Source: Pontibacter ruber (lineage in GTDB: Bacteria > Bacteroidota > Bacteroidia > Cytophagales > Hymenobacteraceae). Taken from it: DNA of 64,000 nucleotides. The notes under the pieces are model-generated. The model ran no database searches. It was not told where the DNA came from and saw only the letters and a program-made list of their open reading frames with translations. Made by a program: the position numbers and the translations under genes. Below are positions 30,301 through 38,964 of the stretch, piece by piece. How positions within the stretch are numbered: position 1 is the stretch's first letter; each line of letters begins with the position of its first letter. The DNA is taken from assembly GCF_023630205.1 (NCBI RefSeq), contig NZ_JALPRR010000002.1, forward strand, positions 300,899-364,898, read 5' to 3'.

Positions 30301-30927
30301 ATGAACGAACTTCTACAAGCTGCTATTTCTTCCGTTAACATCATTCCCACCGCCCTTTTGGTCTTTGTGCTGCTGTATTGGGTGGCGGTCATCTTTGGCT
30401 TCCTGGACCTCGATTTCTTTGATGTAGAGGTGGAGACCGGAGTAGATGCGGATGGCGTTTCTTCTGTTTCCTGGCTTAACTCCGTGCTGGCTTTCTTCAA
30501 CCTGGGCAAGGTGCCGTTCATGGTGTTTCTGACTTTTCTGGCGCTTCCGTTCTGGGTAATTTCTATACTTGCCAACTACTACCTGAACAGCAATTACGAG
30601 CTGCTGGGTTTGCTATACTTACTGCCTTCTTTTTTGGCGGCGCTTTTTGTGTCCAGGTTCCTCACCATGCCTTTTATCAGGCTTTTTGCCGCTATGGAAA
30701 AAGAGCACGAACCTGCTGCCAGCATCATTGGCCAGCTGTGTACCGTTACGCTGCCGGCTAACCCTACCGAGCTGGGACAGGCTGCCATTAAGACCTCGGG
30801 TGCTCCGCTTTTGCTGAACGTGAAAACCACCGAAGGCGCTGCCGTGCAGAAAGGCGAGACCGCGCTCGTAGTCGAGTACAATGCTGAAAACAAATTTTAC
30901 CTCATACAACCTTACCAAACCATTTAA
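30301..30927 (+). CDS. YqiJ/NfeD-like inner-membrane protein (DUF1449; TM segments plus C-terminal OB-fold)
   Basis: The ORF track starts at a TTG at 30295; the ATG is at 30301. Three predicted transmembrane segments. The C-terminal beta-rich segment QLCTVTLPAN...APLLLNVKTTEGAAVQKGETALVVEY resembles the NfeD OB-fold. It lies 6 nt upstream of the flotillin gene, as in E. coli yqiJK. Confidence 0.6.
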   Translation: MNELLQAAISSVNIIPTALLVFVLLYWVAVIFGFLDLDFFDVEVETGVDADGVSSVSWLNSVLAFFNLGKVPFMVFLTFLALPFWVISILANYYLNSNYELLGLLYLLPSFLAALFVSRFLTMPFIRLFAAMEKEHEPAASIIGQLCTVTLPANPTELGQAAIKTSGAPLLLNVKTTEGAAVQKGETALVVEYNAENKFYLIQPYQTI

Positions 30928-30932
30928 TTCAC

Positions 30933-33068
30933 ATGCTAGCATCTTTATCCTGGTCTATCGTCATCATCATGGCGGTAGTCGTGATTGGCTTGATTGCCAT
31001 TGTTGTCAAAATGTACCAGAAGGCTATCCAGGGCGAGGCGCTGGTGCGTACCGGTCTGGGCGATACGAAAGTGTCCTTCTCAGGTATCTTCGTGATCCCG
31101 ATCATCCACAAACTGGAGGTCATGGACATCACCCTCAAAACGATTGTGATCTCCAGAACAGGTTCCGAAGGCCTGATCTGTAAGGATAACCTGCGTGCCG
31201 ATATCAAGGTGAACTTCTTTCTGCGCGTAAACAAAACGCCGGAAGACGTGATCCAGGTAGCACAGTCGATTGGCTGTAAGCGTGCATCCGACCACTCGGC
31301 ACTGGAAAGCCTCTTCGATGCCAAATTCTCTGAGGCCCTGAAGACCGTAGGCAAGCATTTCGACTTTGTGGACCTGTACCAGAGCCGCGACGACTTCAAG
31401 CGCCAGATCCTGCAGACCATTGGCACCGACCTGAACGGCTACATCCTCGACGACTGCGCCATCGATTACCTGGAGCAGACGCCTATCCAGAACCTGAATG
31501 AGAACAACATCCTCGACGCCGAAGGTATCAAGAAGATCATCGACCTGACCGCCAAGCAGAAGATACAGGCCAACCTGATCGAGCGCGAGAAGCAGAAGAC
31601 CATCAAGAAGCAGGACGTAGAGGCGCAGGAGACCATCCTGGAGCTTGAGAAGCAATTGGCCGAAAACGAAGAAAAGCAGAAGCGTGAGATTGCTAACATC
31701 AAGTCGCGTGAGTTTGCCGAGATGGAGAAAGTACGTCACGAAGAGCGCCTGAAGGCCGAGAAGGCAAGAATTGCCACGGACGAGGAAGTGAAGATCGCCG
31801 AGCAGAACAAAGATCGCCAGATCCTGGTGGCCGAGCGCAGCAAACAGCGTACCGACGCCATCGAAACAGAGCGCGTAGAGCAGGCAAGGTTACTGGAGGC
31901 TAATGAGAAAGAGCGTATCGTGTCGCTGGCGCAGATCGAGAAGGAGAAAGCCATCGAAGAAGAGCGCAAAAACATACAGGGTATCATCCGTGAGCGCGTG
32001 ACCGTGGAGAAAGCCGTAGTGGAAGAGGAAGAGAAGATCAAGGACACCAAGGCTTTTGCTGAGGCAGAACGAACGAAGGCTGTTGCAATTAAGAATGCGG
32101 AGCGTGAAGCGGAAGAATCACTGGTAAAAGAAATTAAAAGTGCTGAGGCAGCGCGTCAGGCAGCGGAGTTCCGTGCCAAGCAAATGCTGATTGATGCCGA
32201 GGCAGAGCAGGTGTCTTCGAACAACCGGGCGCAGGCCATCAAGACCATGGCAGAGGCTGAGGCAGCACAAGCGGCAGCGATCGGTTTGTCCGAGGCACAG
32301 GTGATGGAGGCCAAAGCCCATGCCCGTCAGAAAGAAGGGGAAGCGGAGGCGCTGGTGATCAAAGCCAAAGCCAACGCACAGGCCGAAGCCGACGAGAAAC
32401 TGGGTATGGTAACCGCCAAAGTGACCAAAGAGAAAGGTATAGCCGAAGCGACTGTGGTAGAGAACATGGCATCAGCCGAGGAGAAGCGTGGTCTGGCAGA
32501 GGCCCGTGTGATCGGAGAGAAGTTCACGGTAGACGCCAAAGGTATAGAGGAGAAAGCGGAAGCCATGCGCAAACTCGATGGCGTGGGCAAAGAGCACGAG
32601 GAGTTCAAGTTGCGCCTGGAGAAAGACAAAGCCATCGAACTGGCCCAGATCAACATCCAGAAGGATATTGCCGGTGCCCAGGCCGAGGTGATCTCCGAGG
32701 CCCTGAAGGCAGCGAAGATCGACATCGTGGGCGGCGAGACCATGTTCTTCGACCAGATCGTGGGCTCCATCACCAAAGGCAAGCAGGTGGACCGACTGGT
32801 AAGCAACAGTGAAGTGCTGAACACCGTGAAGGATACCTTCTTCCAGCCAAATGGCGACGGCCACGTGGATTTCCGCGAGAACCTGCAGCGCTTCGTTAAT
32901 CAGTTCGGTTTGAAAACAGAAGATGTGCGTAACCTGAGCGTATCAGCCCTACTTTTCAAGATGATGCAGAGCGGCACGGATGAAAGCACGCTGAATACCC
33001 TGAAGCAGCTGACCTCTACGGCCACTGCCATGGGGATTGCGGACAAGCCGTTCATTTCCCTGAACTAA
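30933..33068 (+). CDS. flotillin-like SPFH/band-7 protein with long E/A/K-rich coiled coil (YqiK/FloT-like)
   Basis: 711 aa. N-terminal TM segment, then an SPFH domain (VRTGLGDTKVSFSGIFVIPIIHKLEVMDITLKTIV...), then ~350 aa of EA-rich heptad repeats typical of flotillins. Confidence 0.85.
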   Translation: MLASLSWSIVIIMAVVVIGLIAIVVKMYQKAIQGEALVRTGLGDTKVSFSGIFVIPIIHKLEVMDITLKTIVISRTGSEGLICKDNLRADIKVNFFLRVNKTPEDVIQVAQSIGCKRASDHSALESLFDAKFSEALKTVGKHFDFVDLYQSRDDFKRQILQTIGTDLNGYILDDCAIDYLEQTPIQNLNENNILDAEGIKKIIDLTAKQKIQANLIEREKQKTIKKQDVEAQETILELEKQLAENEEKQKREIANIKSREFAEMEKVRHEERLKAEKARIATDEEVKIAEQNKDRQILVAERSKQRTDAIETERVEQARLLEANEKERIVSLAQIEKEKAIEEERKNIQGIIRERVTVEKAVVEEEEKIKDTKAFAEAERTKAVAIKNAEREAEESLVKEIKSAEAARQAAEFRAKQMLIDAEAEQVSSNNRAQAIKTMAEAEAAQAAAIGLSEAQVMEAKAHARQKEGEAEALVIKAKANAQAEADEKLGMVTAKVTKEKGIAEATVVENMASAEEKRGLAEARVIGEKFTVDAKGIEEKAEAMRKLDGVGKEHEEFKLRLEKDKAIELAQINIQKDIAGAQAEVISEALKAAKIDIVGGETMFFDQIVGSITKGKQVDRLVSNSEVLNTVKDTFFQPNGDGHVDFRENLQRFVNQFGLKTEDVRNLSVSALLFKMMQSGTDESTLNTLKQLTSTATAMGIADKPFISLN

Positions 33069-33080
33069 CCTCACCCCAAA

Positions 33081-33112
33081 CCCCTCTCCTAAGAACAGGA
33101 GAGGGGTTTTTT
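33081..33112 (+). terminator. intrinsic terminator after the flotillin gene
   Basis: cccctctcct aagaac aggagagggg followed by TTTTTT. Confidence 0.8.
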
Positions 33113-33272
33113 ATACTTGCGCCAGCCATTAGTACAGAATAAGCTATGGAAACAGTTAAGGTTGGAATAGTGTAGTTGGAAGTGATTTAAAATAATATTT
33201 ACAGTGACTCTAAAGATTTTAGGAATATCGTCACTAGGTAGTTGTAATTGCCAAGATAAAAAAGACTCAGTA

Positions 33273-33815
33273 ATGGATGATATGCTCAAATTTTTTGAAG
33301 ATTTTCAAAACAGAACTATCTACAAAAAACTGACACCGGAGATATTAAAAGATATACCTAATGACCAGTTAGAGCAAACGATTTACGATAACATCTATGA
33401 AATCATTGGATACGACTATGAAAATGAATTCCAAAATGTCCAGAAATTAACAAAAGGACAACAGGCATTTGTATCCACTTGGTTAGTAGAGGTAGAAGTC
33501 AACAATGGAGGGTTCAATCAGTTCTACTTCAATTCCAGCGGACAGTACGCATATATGGCGGTTGATGGATTTGAAACTGTTGGTGCTTTAAAGTTTGCTG
33601 AACTTATGAAAGAAGCAAATAAAATATACGCCTCTATCAAAAGCGATCTCGAAAAATTTGATGATAGCACGCTGGAGAGCTTTAGCGAATCCTACAAAGA
33701 AAACCCTCTAAATAACCTCGATGACCAATTTTATGATCAAGACAAAGCAGAGCCTTTGTGGAAATTTAGAGTGAAGTATATTAGAGAGAATATTGATCAA
33801 TTTATTACGAAGTAA
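33273..33815 (+). CDS. DMP19 / DUF4375-like protein
   Basis: An alternative GTG start at 33204 adds 23 aa. The motif WLVEVEVNNGGFNQFYFNSSGQYAYMAVDGFETVGALKFAEL matches the NNGGF-QF-NS-G signature I associate with the DUF4375/DMP19 family. The gene is about 36% GC, against over 52% for its neighbours. Confidence 0.5.
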   Translation: MDDMLKFFEDFQNRTIYKKLTPEILKDIPNDQLEQTIYDNIYEIIGYDYENEFQNVQKLTKGQQAFVSTWLVEVEVNNGGFNQFYFNSSGQYAYMAVDGFETVGALKFAELMKEANKIYASIKSDLEKFDDSTLESFSESYKENPLNNLDDQFYDQDKAEPLWKFRVKYIRENIDQFITK

Positions 33816-33911
33816 AACTACTGTTGTCAGTTAGGCATAGTTATACCTCGCCAAGTGAGCACATAAGCACACAGACTTTTACCCATCATTAATTCCTAAT
33901 CCTCCACCCAC

Positions 33912-36900
33912 ATGGAAGATACCAATACCGCTACTACCACAGCTGCCGAGAACGTGCAGTTGGAGGGGGGCACTTATGAAATCTTACGGAACCGTCTGCA
34001 GAAGAGCGGGGCAGAACTGCGTACGCAACTGGAGCAGCTAAACCAGGAGCGGAAGAGCGTGTTCGGAGCGATCGAGACGAAGCTGATCACCACCGAGCGC
34101 ATTACCACCGAGAACAACTGCGTGCCTTGGGACATGGTGCCCGTGGGCTATACCTTGCTCTTTGGCTACAACGTATACCTGGGCCTGAAGTCGGAGGTGG
34201 AGCTGTCGGATGTGTTTGGCGTCTATACCTACGAGGGCCACAGCTTCCACCAACAGCCGCTCGATTTGCTGCAGGACAAGACCTTTAAGGACGACTTTCA
34301 GAAGCTCTACAAATACTACAAGAACACCCAGTTCGTCAAGTTTGCGCACATCGGCAACTACCTGTACATGGTGTTCCGGGTGGGCAAGGGCGTCAACGAT
34401 ATAAAGACCTTTAAGTGGTTGCTCAAAGGCGACACGATCACCTACATCGACAACCGCAGCGACCACGAGTATGTGTTCCCCAACCAGCACGATTTCAGCT
34501 GGAAGCGCACCACCCGCGAGGCACAGCGCAAAGGCAAACACCCGCACGTGTCCATCGAGGACAAGGTGTTCGTGGAGACGGTCGGTGGTGACCTCACCAT
34601 CAAGGTAGAGGACAACACCGACTCGGGGCGTGGTATTTACTCGGAAGAGGTGGAGGACAAGGACCAGACGCTCGACGACTCGGAGATTTACTACGCCGTG
34701 GTGGGCAACATCATCGTCCTGAAGATACGTCCCTACCGCGAGAACAACTACCGCTACTTCGTCTACAATGTGAAGCTGCAGGAGGCCCGCCGCATTGACG
34801 CGCTGGAGCACAGTTGTGTGCTGTTGCCGGACGGGCAGGGCATTATCTACGCCTATGGGTATTACCTGCAGACGGGCGAGTTCAAGCAATTTGACAACAA
34901 CCTGCAGGACATGCTGTTTGAGAAGCGCATCACTTCCCCGAACGGCGAGGATTTCCTGTATGTGTTCTACAACAAGGAGTCGGGCATCTACCAGTTGCTG
35001 TCCTATAACCTGATCACGCAGCAAATCGAGACTCCGATTATCTGCCACGGCTACGCCATTTACGAGAACGGCGAGTTGTGCTATTTCCGGGCCGACGAAG
35101 AGGCGCAGAAGCACCATGCCATCCAGATCTGGCAGACGCCTTACATCGGGCCGAACTTTGTGATACCGGTTACGCAGGAGTCCTACCTCTACAAGATCGG
35201 CAACAAGGACATTGTGCGGGCCATGGCCGAGAGCAACGAGGTGCTGTCTCTCTTGCACAAGGACGATTCCTATGCCAACCTATACCTCGACCTGATCAAG
35301 AAAACCACCGATGTACTGGATTCTTACCACTGGCTGAACCGGGCGGAGACCTACAATCTGGCGGGGCCGGTTGCGGCGATCCGGCAGACGGCCACGGCGG
35401 CGGTGGAGGAGTACGAGAAGGTGCTCAGCATTAAGAAAAATACGCAGGCACAGATAGGTCAGGTGCTGGGGCAGGCCGATACGCTGATCCAGACGCTGAA
35501 GCACAAGAAGGCCGAGAGCATCAACGACTATGTGAAGTATCTGGCCGATTTGCGGGGTATACGCGGCGAGGTGATCTCGCTGAAGGAGCTGCGCTATACC
35601 GACCTGCCGACCATTGAAAAATACGAAGCGCAGCTGCAGCAATTTGCGCAGGATACCGCCAACGGAGCCGTAGAATTCCTGTTGCAGCCGAACGCGCTGG
35701 CGCCTTACGAGAAGAAGGTAAAGGAGATCAACACCGCCATTGTAGGTATAGCCAAAGTGGTGGAAGCCGACGCAACCGACAAGGAAATTGCGGCGGTGTC
35801 ATCGGAACTGGAAATGCTGATCGATGTGGTGAGCAACCTCAAGATCGAAGACGCCACCCAGACCACCCGCATCATCGATACGATCTCGGCTATTTACGCC
35901 ACCTTCAACCAGACCAAAGCCACCCTGCGCCGCAAGCGTAAAGAGTTGTTGAGTCAGGAAGGCAAGGCTGAATTCAACTCCCAGATCAAGCTGATCAGCC
36001 AGAGTGTGGTCAACTACCTCGACGTGTCGGACTCGCCGCAGAAGTGCGAAGAGTACCTGGCCAAGCTGATGGTACAGTTGGAGGAACTCGAGGGCCGCTT
36101 CCCAGATTTTGACGAGTTCATTGAGCAGCTCACGGTCAAGCGGGAGGAGATCTACAGCGCTTTTGAATCGAAGAAAGTGCAGCTGCAGGAAGCGCAGAAC
36201 AAGCGTGCCAACAGCCTGCAACAGGCAGCAGACCGCATCCTGAAAGCGGTGCAGAACCGGGCCAGCAAGCTGACTTCGGTGAGCGAGATCAACGGCTACT
36301 TCGCCTCTGATCTGATGATCGAGAAGGTGCGGAGCACGGTGGAGGAGTTGCTCAAGATCGGTGATACGGTAAAAGCCGATACCATCCAGAGTCGCCTCAA
36401 AACCCTGAAGGAAGACGCCGTGCGCCAGCTGAAGGACAAGCAGGAGCTGTTTGTGGACGGCGCCAACATCCTGAAGTTTGGCAAGCACCAGTTCACGGTC
36501 AACACCCAACCGCTGGAGCTGAGCGTAGTGCACCGCGATGACGCCATGTATTATCACCTCACCGGCACCAGTTTTTTCGAGAAGATCACCGATGACCAGT
36601 TTCTGAGCTACCGCCCCGTATGGGAGCAGACGCTGGTATCGGAGAACCATCAGGTATACCGTGCCGAGTATCTGGCTTTTAAAGTGCTGGAAGCAGCGCA
36701 GGATAAAGGTATAGCCACGCAGCAAAACGAGAACAGCCTGCGCTACCTGAGCATCGACGAACTGCACAAGCTCACCGAGGCCGAGCTGACCGACTACATG
36801 AACAAGTTCATGGCCGCGCGCTTCAACGAGGGCTACATGAAAGGCGTGCATGACCACGACGCGGCTCTGATCTTAGGTGCACTGATCCGCTTGATTAAAA

Positions 36901-38879
36901 CGGCCGACTTGCTTCGCTATACCTCCACAGACAGGGCTTGCGCGCAGCTGTACTGGAAGGTGTTCGCACCAGAGTTGAAAAAGAAAGTGCTCCAACATCA
37001 ACTTCAAGGTATAAGCGCCATCCTGCAGGTCTTCCCCGACACGCACGAGTTTGACGACGTAAAAGCAGATCTGCAGCAGGAGCTCTATATTTTCCAGCAA
37101 GAGACCGGGCTGTGCAAAGAAGCCGGTACAGCCGAGGCAGGCGCGTACCTGTTCTACGAATTAACAAGAGGCAACACCTTTGTGATCGACAGCCAGGCTG
37201 ATGTTTTGTACAACGGCTTTAAAAACTTTCTGACAGAGCGGCGTGTGCTGGAGCGTTTTAAGGAATCAGTAAAAGCGCTGCAGGGGAATATGGCGCACCA
37301 ATTCGAGCTGATACAGCACTGGCTGAAGGCCTACATCGCGCAGGCCGGGCAGCACGACAAAACCGAATTTGTGGCCGAGGTGGCGGTACTGTTGCTTACC
37401 GATAGCTATAACACGCAGCAGGTAGTGCACACGGTGCTGAAGGAGAGTCTACAAGGTATGCAGGGCGCACACCAGCAGGTGCAGGGCCAGCAATACCAGC
37501 TGCACTACCACGGCTTCATGCGCCGCCTCCGCAACTATACTTCCAGCACGGCTACGGCCTTTACAGCTTTCACGGAGCTTAAAAAGAACCTGACGCAGCA
37601 GGCCGAGCAACAGCTTCGCCTGAACGAATTCAAGCCGCGGGTGCTGTCTTCGTTTGTGCGCAACAAACTGATCGACCAGGTATACCTGCCGCTGATTGGC
37701 GCCAATCTGGCCAAGCAGATCGGCACGGCAGGGGAGGCCAAACGCACCGACCTGATGGGCATGCTTTTGCTGATCTCACCTCCGGGCTATGGCAAGACCA
37801 CCATCATGGAGTACATCGCCAACCGCCTGGGCATTATTTTCATGAAGATCAACGGTCCCGCTATCGGGCACCAGGTCACGGCGCTGGACCCGAAAGAGGC
37901 ACCTAATGCCGCTGCTCGTGAGGAGCTGGAGAAGCTGAACCTGTCCTTTGAGATGGGCGATAACGTGATGATCTACCTTGACGACATCCAGCACTGTAAT
38001 CCCGAGTTTTTGCAGAAGTTCATCTCCCTTTGCGACGCGCAGCGTAAGATCGAAGGCGTGTACAAAGGCCGCAGCAAGACTTATGATTTCCGTGGCAAAA
38101 AGGTATGTGTAGTAATGGCCGGTAACCCCTATACCGAAACAGGCGAGAAGTTCCGCATTCCGGACATGCTCGCCAACCGCGCCGACATCTACAACCTCGG
38201 CGACATCATCGACGACACCGAAGACGTGTTCAAACTGAGCTACATTGAAAACTCCCTCACCTTCAACACTGTGCTGGCCAAGCTGGCGGCGAAGAGTCAG
38301 AAAGACATTTATGCACTCATCCATCTGGCCGAAACAGGCAACAGCGAAGGGCTGGAGTTTGAGGGCAACCACTCGGCAGCCGAACTCAACGAGTATGTGC
38401 TGGTGCTGAAGAAATTGCTTAAGATCCAGGACGTGATCCTGAAAGTGAACCTGGAGTATATCCGCTCGGCGGCGCAGGCTGACGAGTACCGCACCGAGCC
38501 GGCCTTTAAGCTGCAGGGCTCTTACCGCAACATGAACAAGCTGGCTGAGAAGGTCATGCCAATTATGAACGACCAGGAACTGCAAACGCTCATCCTGTCA
38601 CACTACGAGGCCGAGTCGCAGACGCTCACTTCCGGTGCCGAAGCCAACATGCTCAAATTCAAGCAGCTCATCGGCATCATGACCGAGGCTGAGGCACAGC
38701 GCTGGGAAGACATCAAAGCCACCTTCGTGCGCAACAACAAGCTCAAAGGCTTCGGCGGCAACAACCAGGTAGGGCAGGTACTCACTCAAATGGAAAACAT
38801 ATCCAGCGGACTTGAAGGTATAAAACAGGTGCTAAGCCAATTCAAGCCAAGCAGGCTGGAAGCGGCGGAGGAGATTTAA
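33912..38879 (+). CDS. giant (1655 aa) protein with C-terminal AAA_5 (MoxR/McrB/dynein-type) ATPase domain; function unknown
   Basis: Uninterrupted 4968-nt ORF with a real ATG and a terminator downstream. AAA module motifs: Walker A LISPPGYGKTT (about aa 1285), Walker B VMIYLDDIQH, sensor and arginine region VCVVMAGNPYTETGEKFRIPDMLANRAD. The preceding ~1250 aa are mostly helical or coiled-coil, with a beta-rich segment around aa 250-400. Confidence 0.8.
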   Translation: MEDTNTATTTAAENVQLEGGTYEILRNRLQKSGAELRTQLEQLNQERKSVFGAIETKLITTERITTENNCVPWDMVPVGYTLLFGYNVYLGLKSEVELSDVFGVYTYEGHSFHQQPLDLLQDKTFKDDFQKLYKYYKNTQFVKFAHIGNYLYMVFRVGKGVNDIKTFKWLLKGDTITYIDNRSDHEYVFPNQHDFSWKRTTREAQRKGKHPHVSIEDKVFVETVGGDLTIKVEDNTDSGRGIYSEEVEDKDQTLDDSEIYYAVVGNIIVLKIRPYRENNYRYFVYNVKLQEARRIDALEHSCVLLPDGQGIIYAYGYYLQTGEFKQFDNNLQDMLFEKRITSPNGEDFLYVFYNKESGIYQLLSYNLITQQIETPIICHGYAIYENGELCYFRADEEAQKHHAIQIWQTPYIGPNFVIPVTQESYLYKIGNKDIVRAMAESNEVLSLLHKDDSYANLYLDLIKKTTDVLDSYHWLNRAETYNLAGPVAAIRQTATAAVEEYEKVLSIKKNTQAQIGQVLGQADTLIQTLKHKKAESINDYVKYLADLRGIRGEVISLKELRYTDLPTIEKYEAQLQQFAQDTANGAVEFLLQPNALAPYEKKVKEINTAIVGIAKVVEADATDKEIAAVSSELEMLIDVVSNLKIEDATQTTRIIDTISAIYATFNQTKATLRRKRKELLSQEGKAEFNSQIKLISQSVVNYLDVSDSPQKCEEYLAKLMVQLEELEGRFPDFDEFIEQLTVKREEIYSAFESKKVQLQEAQNKRANSLQQAADRILKAVQNRASKLTSVSEINGYFASDLMIEKVRSTVEELLKIGDTVKADTIQSRLKTLKEDAVRQLKDKQELFVDGANILKFGKHQFTVNTQPLELSVVHRDDAMYYHLTGTSFFEKITDDQFLSYRPVWEQTLVSENHQVYRAEYLAFKVLEAAQDKGIATQQNENSLRYLSIDELHKLTEAELTDYMNKFMAARFNEGYMKGVHDHDAALILGALIRLIKTADLLRYTSTDRACAQLYWKVFAPELKKKVLQHQLQGISAILQVFPDTHEFDDVKADLQQELYIFQQETGLCKEAGTAEAGAYLFYELTRGNTFVIDSQADVLYNGFKNFLTERRVLERFKESVKALQGNMAHQFELIQHWLKAYIAQAGQHDKTEFVAEVAVLLLTDSYNTQQVVHTVLKESLQGMQGAHQQVQGQQYQLHYHGFMRRLRNYTSSTATAFTAFTELKKNLTQQAEQQLRLNEFKPRVLSSFVRNKLIDQVYLPLIGANLAKQIGTAGEAKRTDLMGMLLLISPPGYGKTTIMEYIANRLGIIFMKINGPAIGHQVTALDPKEAPNAAAREELEKLNLSFEMGDNVMIYLDDIQHCNPEFLQKFISLCDAQRKIEGVYKGRSKTYDFRGKKVCVVMAGNPYTETGEKFRIPDMLANRADIYNLGDIIDDTEDVFKLSYIENSLTFNTVLAKLAAKSQKDIYALIHLAETGNSEGLEFEGNHSAAELNEYVLVLKKLLKIQDVILKVNLEYIRSAAQADEYRTEPAFKLQGSYRNMNKLAEKVMPIMNDQELQTLILSHYEAESQTLTSGAEANMLKFKQLIGIMTEAEAQRWEDIKATFVRNNKLKGFGGNNQVGQVLTQMENISSGLEGIKQVLSQFKPSRLEAAEEI

Positions 38880-38964
38880 AGTATAGCTGAAAGTATAAAA
38901 AGCCCCTGCAAGTATAAACCAGCAGGGGCTTTTTATACTTTCGTGATTTTCAGCTTTATACTTA
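38879..38964. repeat. cluster of five copies of the abundant 9-mer AAGTATAAA/TTTATACTT around the terminator of the giant gene
   Basis: aagtatagc, aagtataaa (38891), aagtataaa (38910, in the hairpin loop), tttatactt (38932), tttatactt (38955). Confidence 0.8.
38901..38936 (+). terminator. intrinsic terminator after the giant ATPase gene
   Basis: agcccctgc [aagtataaacca] gcaggggct followed by TTTTT. The loop itself is the abundant 9-mer. Confidence 0.75.

Noticed and set aside
31080-32864. Minus-strand ORFs (219, 165 and 130 aa) inside the flotillin gene
   Set aside because: Shadow frames of the EA-repeat coiled-coil region. They are low-complexity Leu/Val/Asp-rich.
34038-36857. Long antisense ORFs (406 aa at 34038-35258, 352 aa at 35799-36857, plus several 60-270-aa ORFs) inside the giant gene
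   Set aside because: They are the expected stop-free shadow frames of a strongly GC3-biased sense gene. They have no start context, are low-complexity and Arg/Leu/Val-rich, and fully overlap a far longer coherent ORF on the plus strand.
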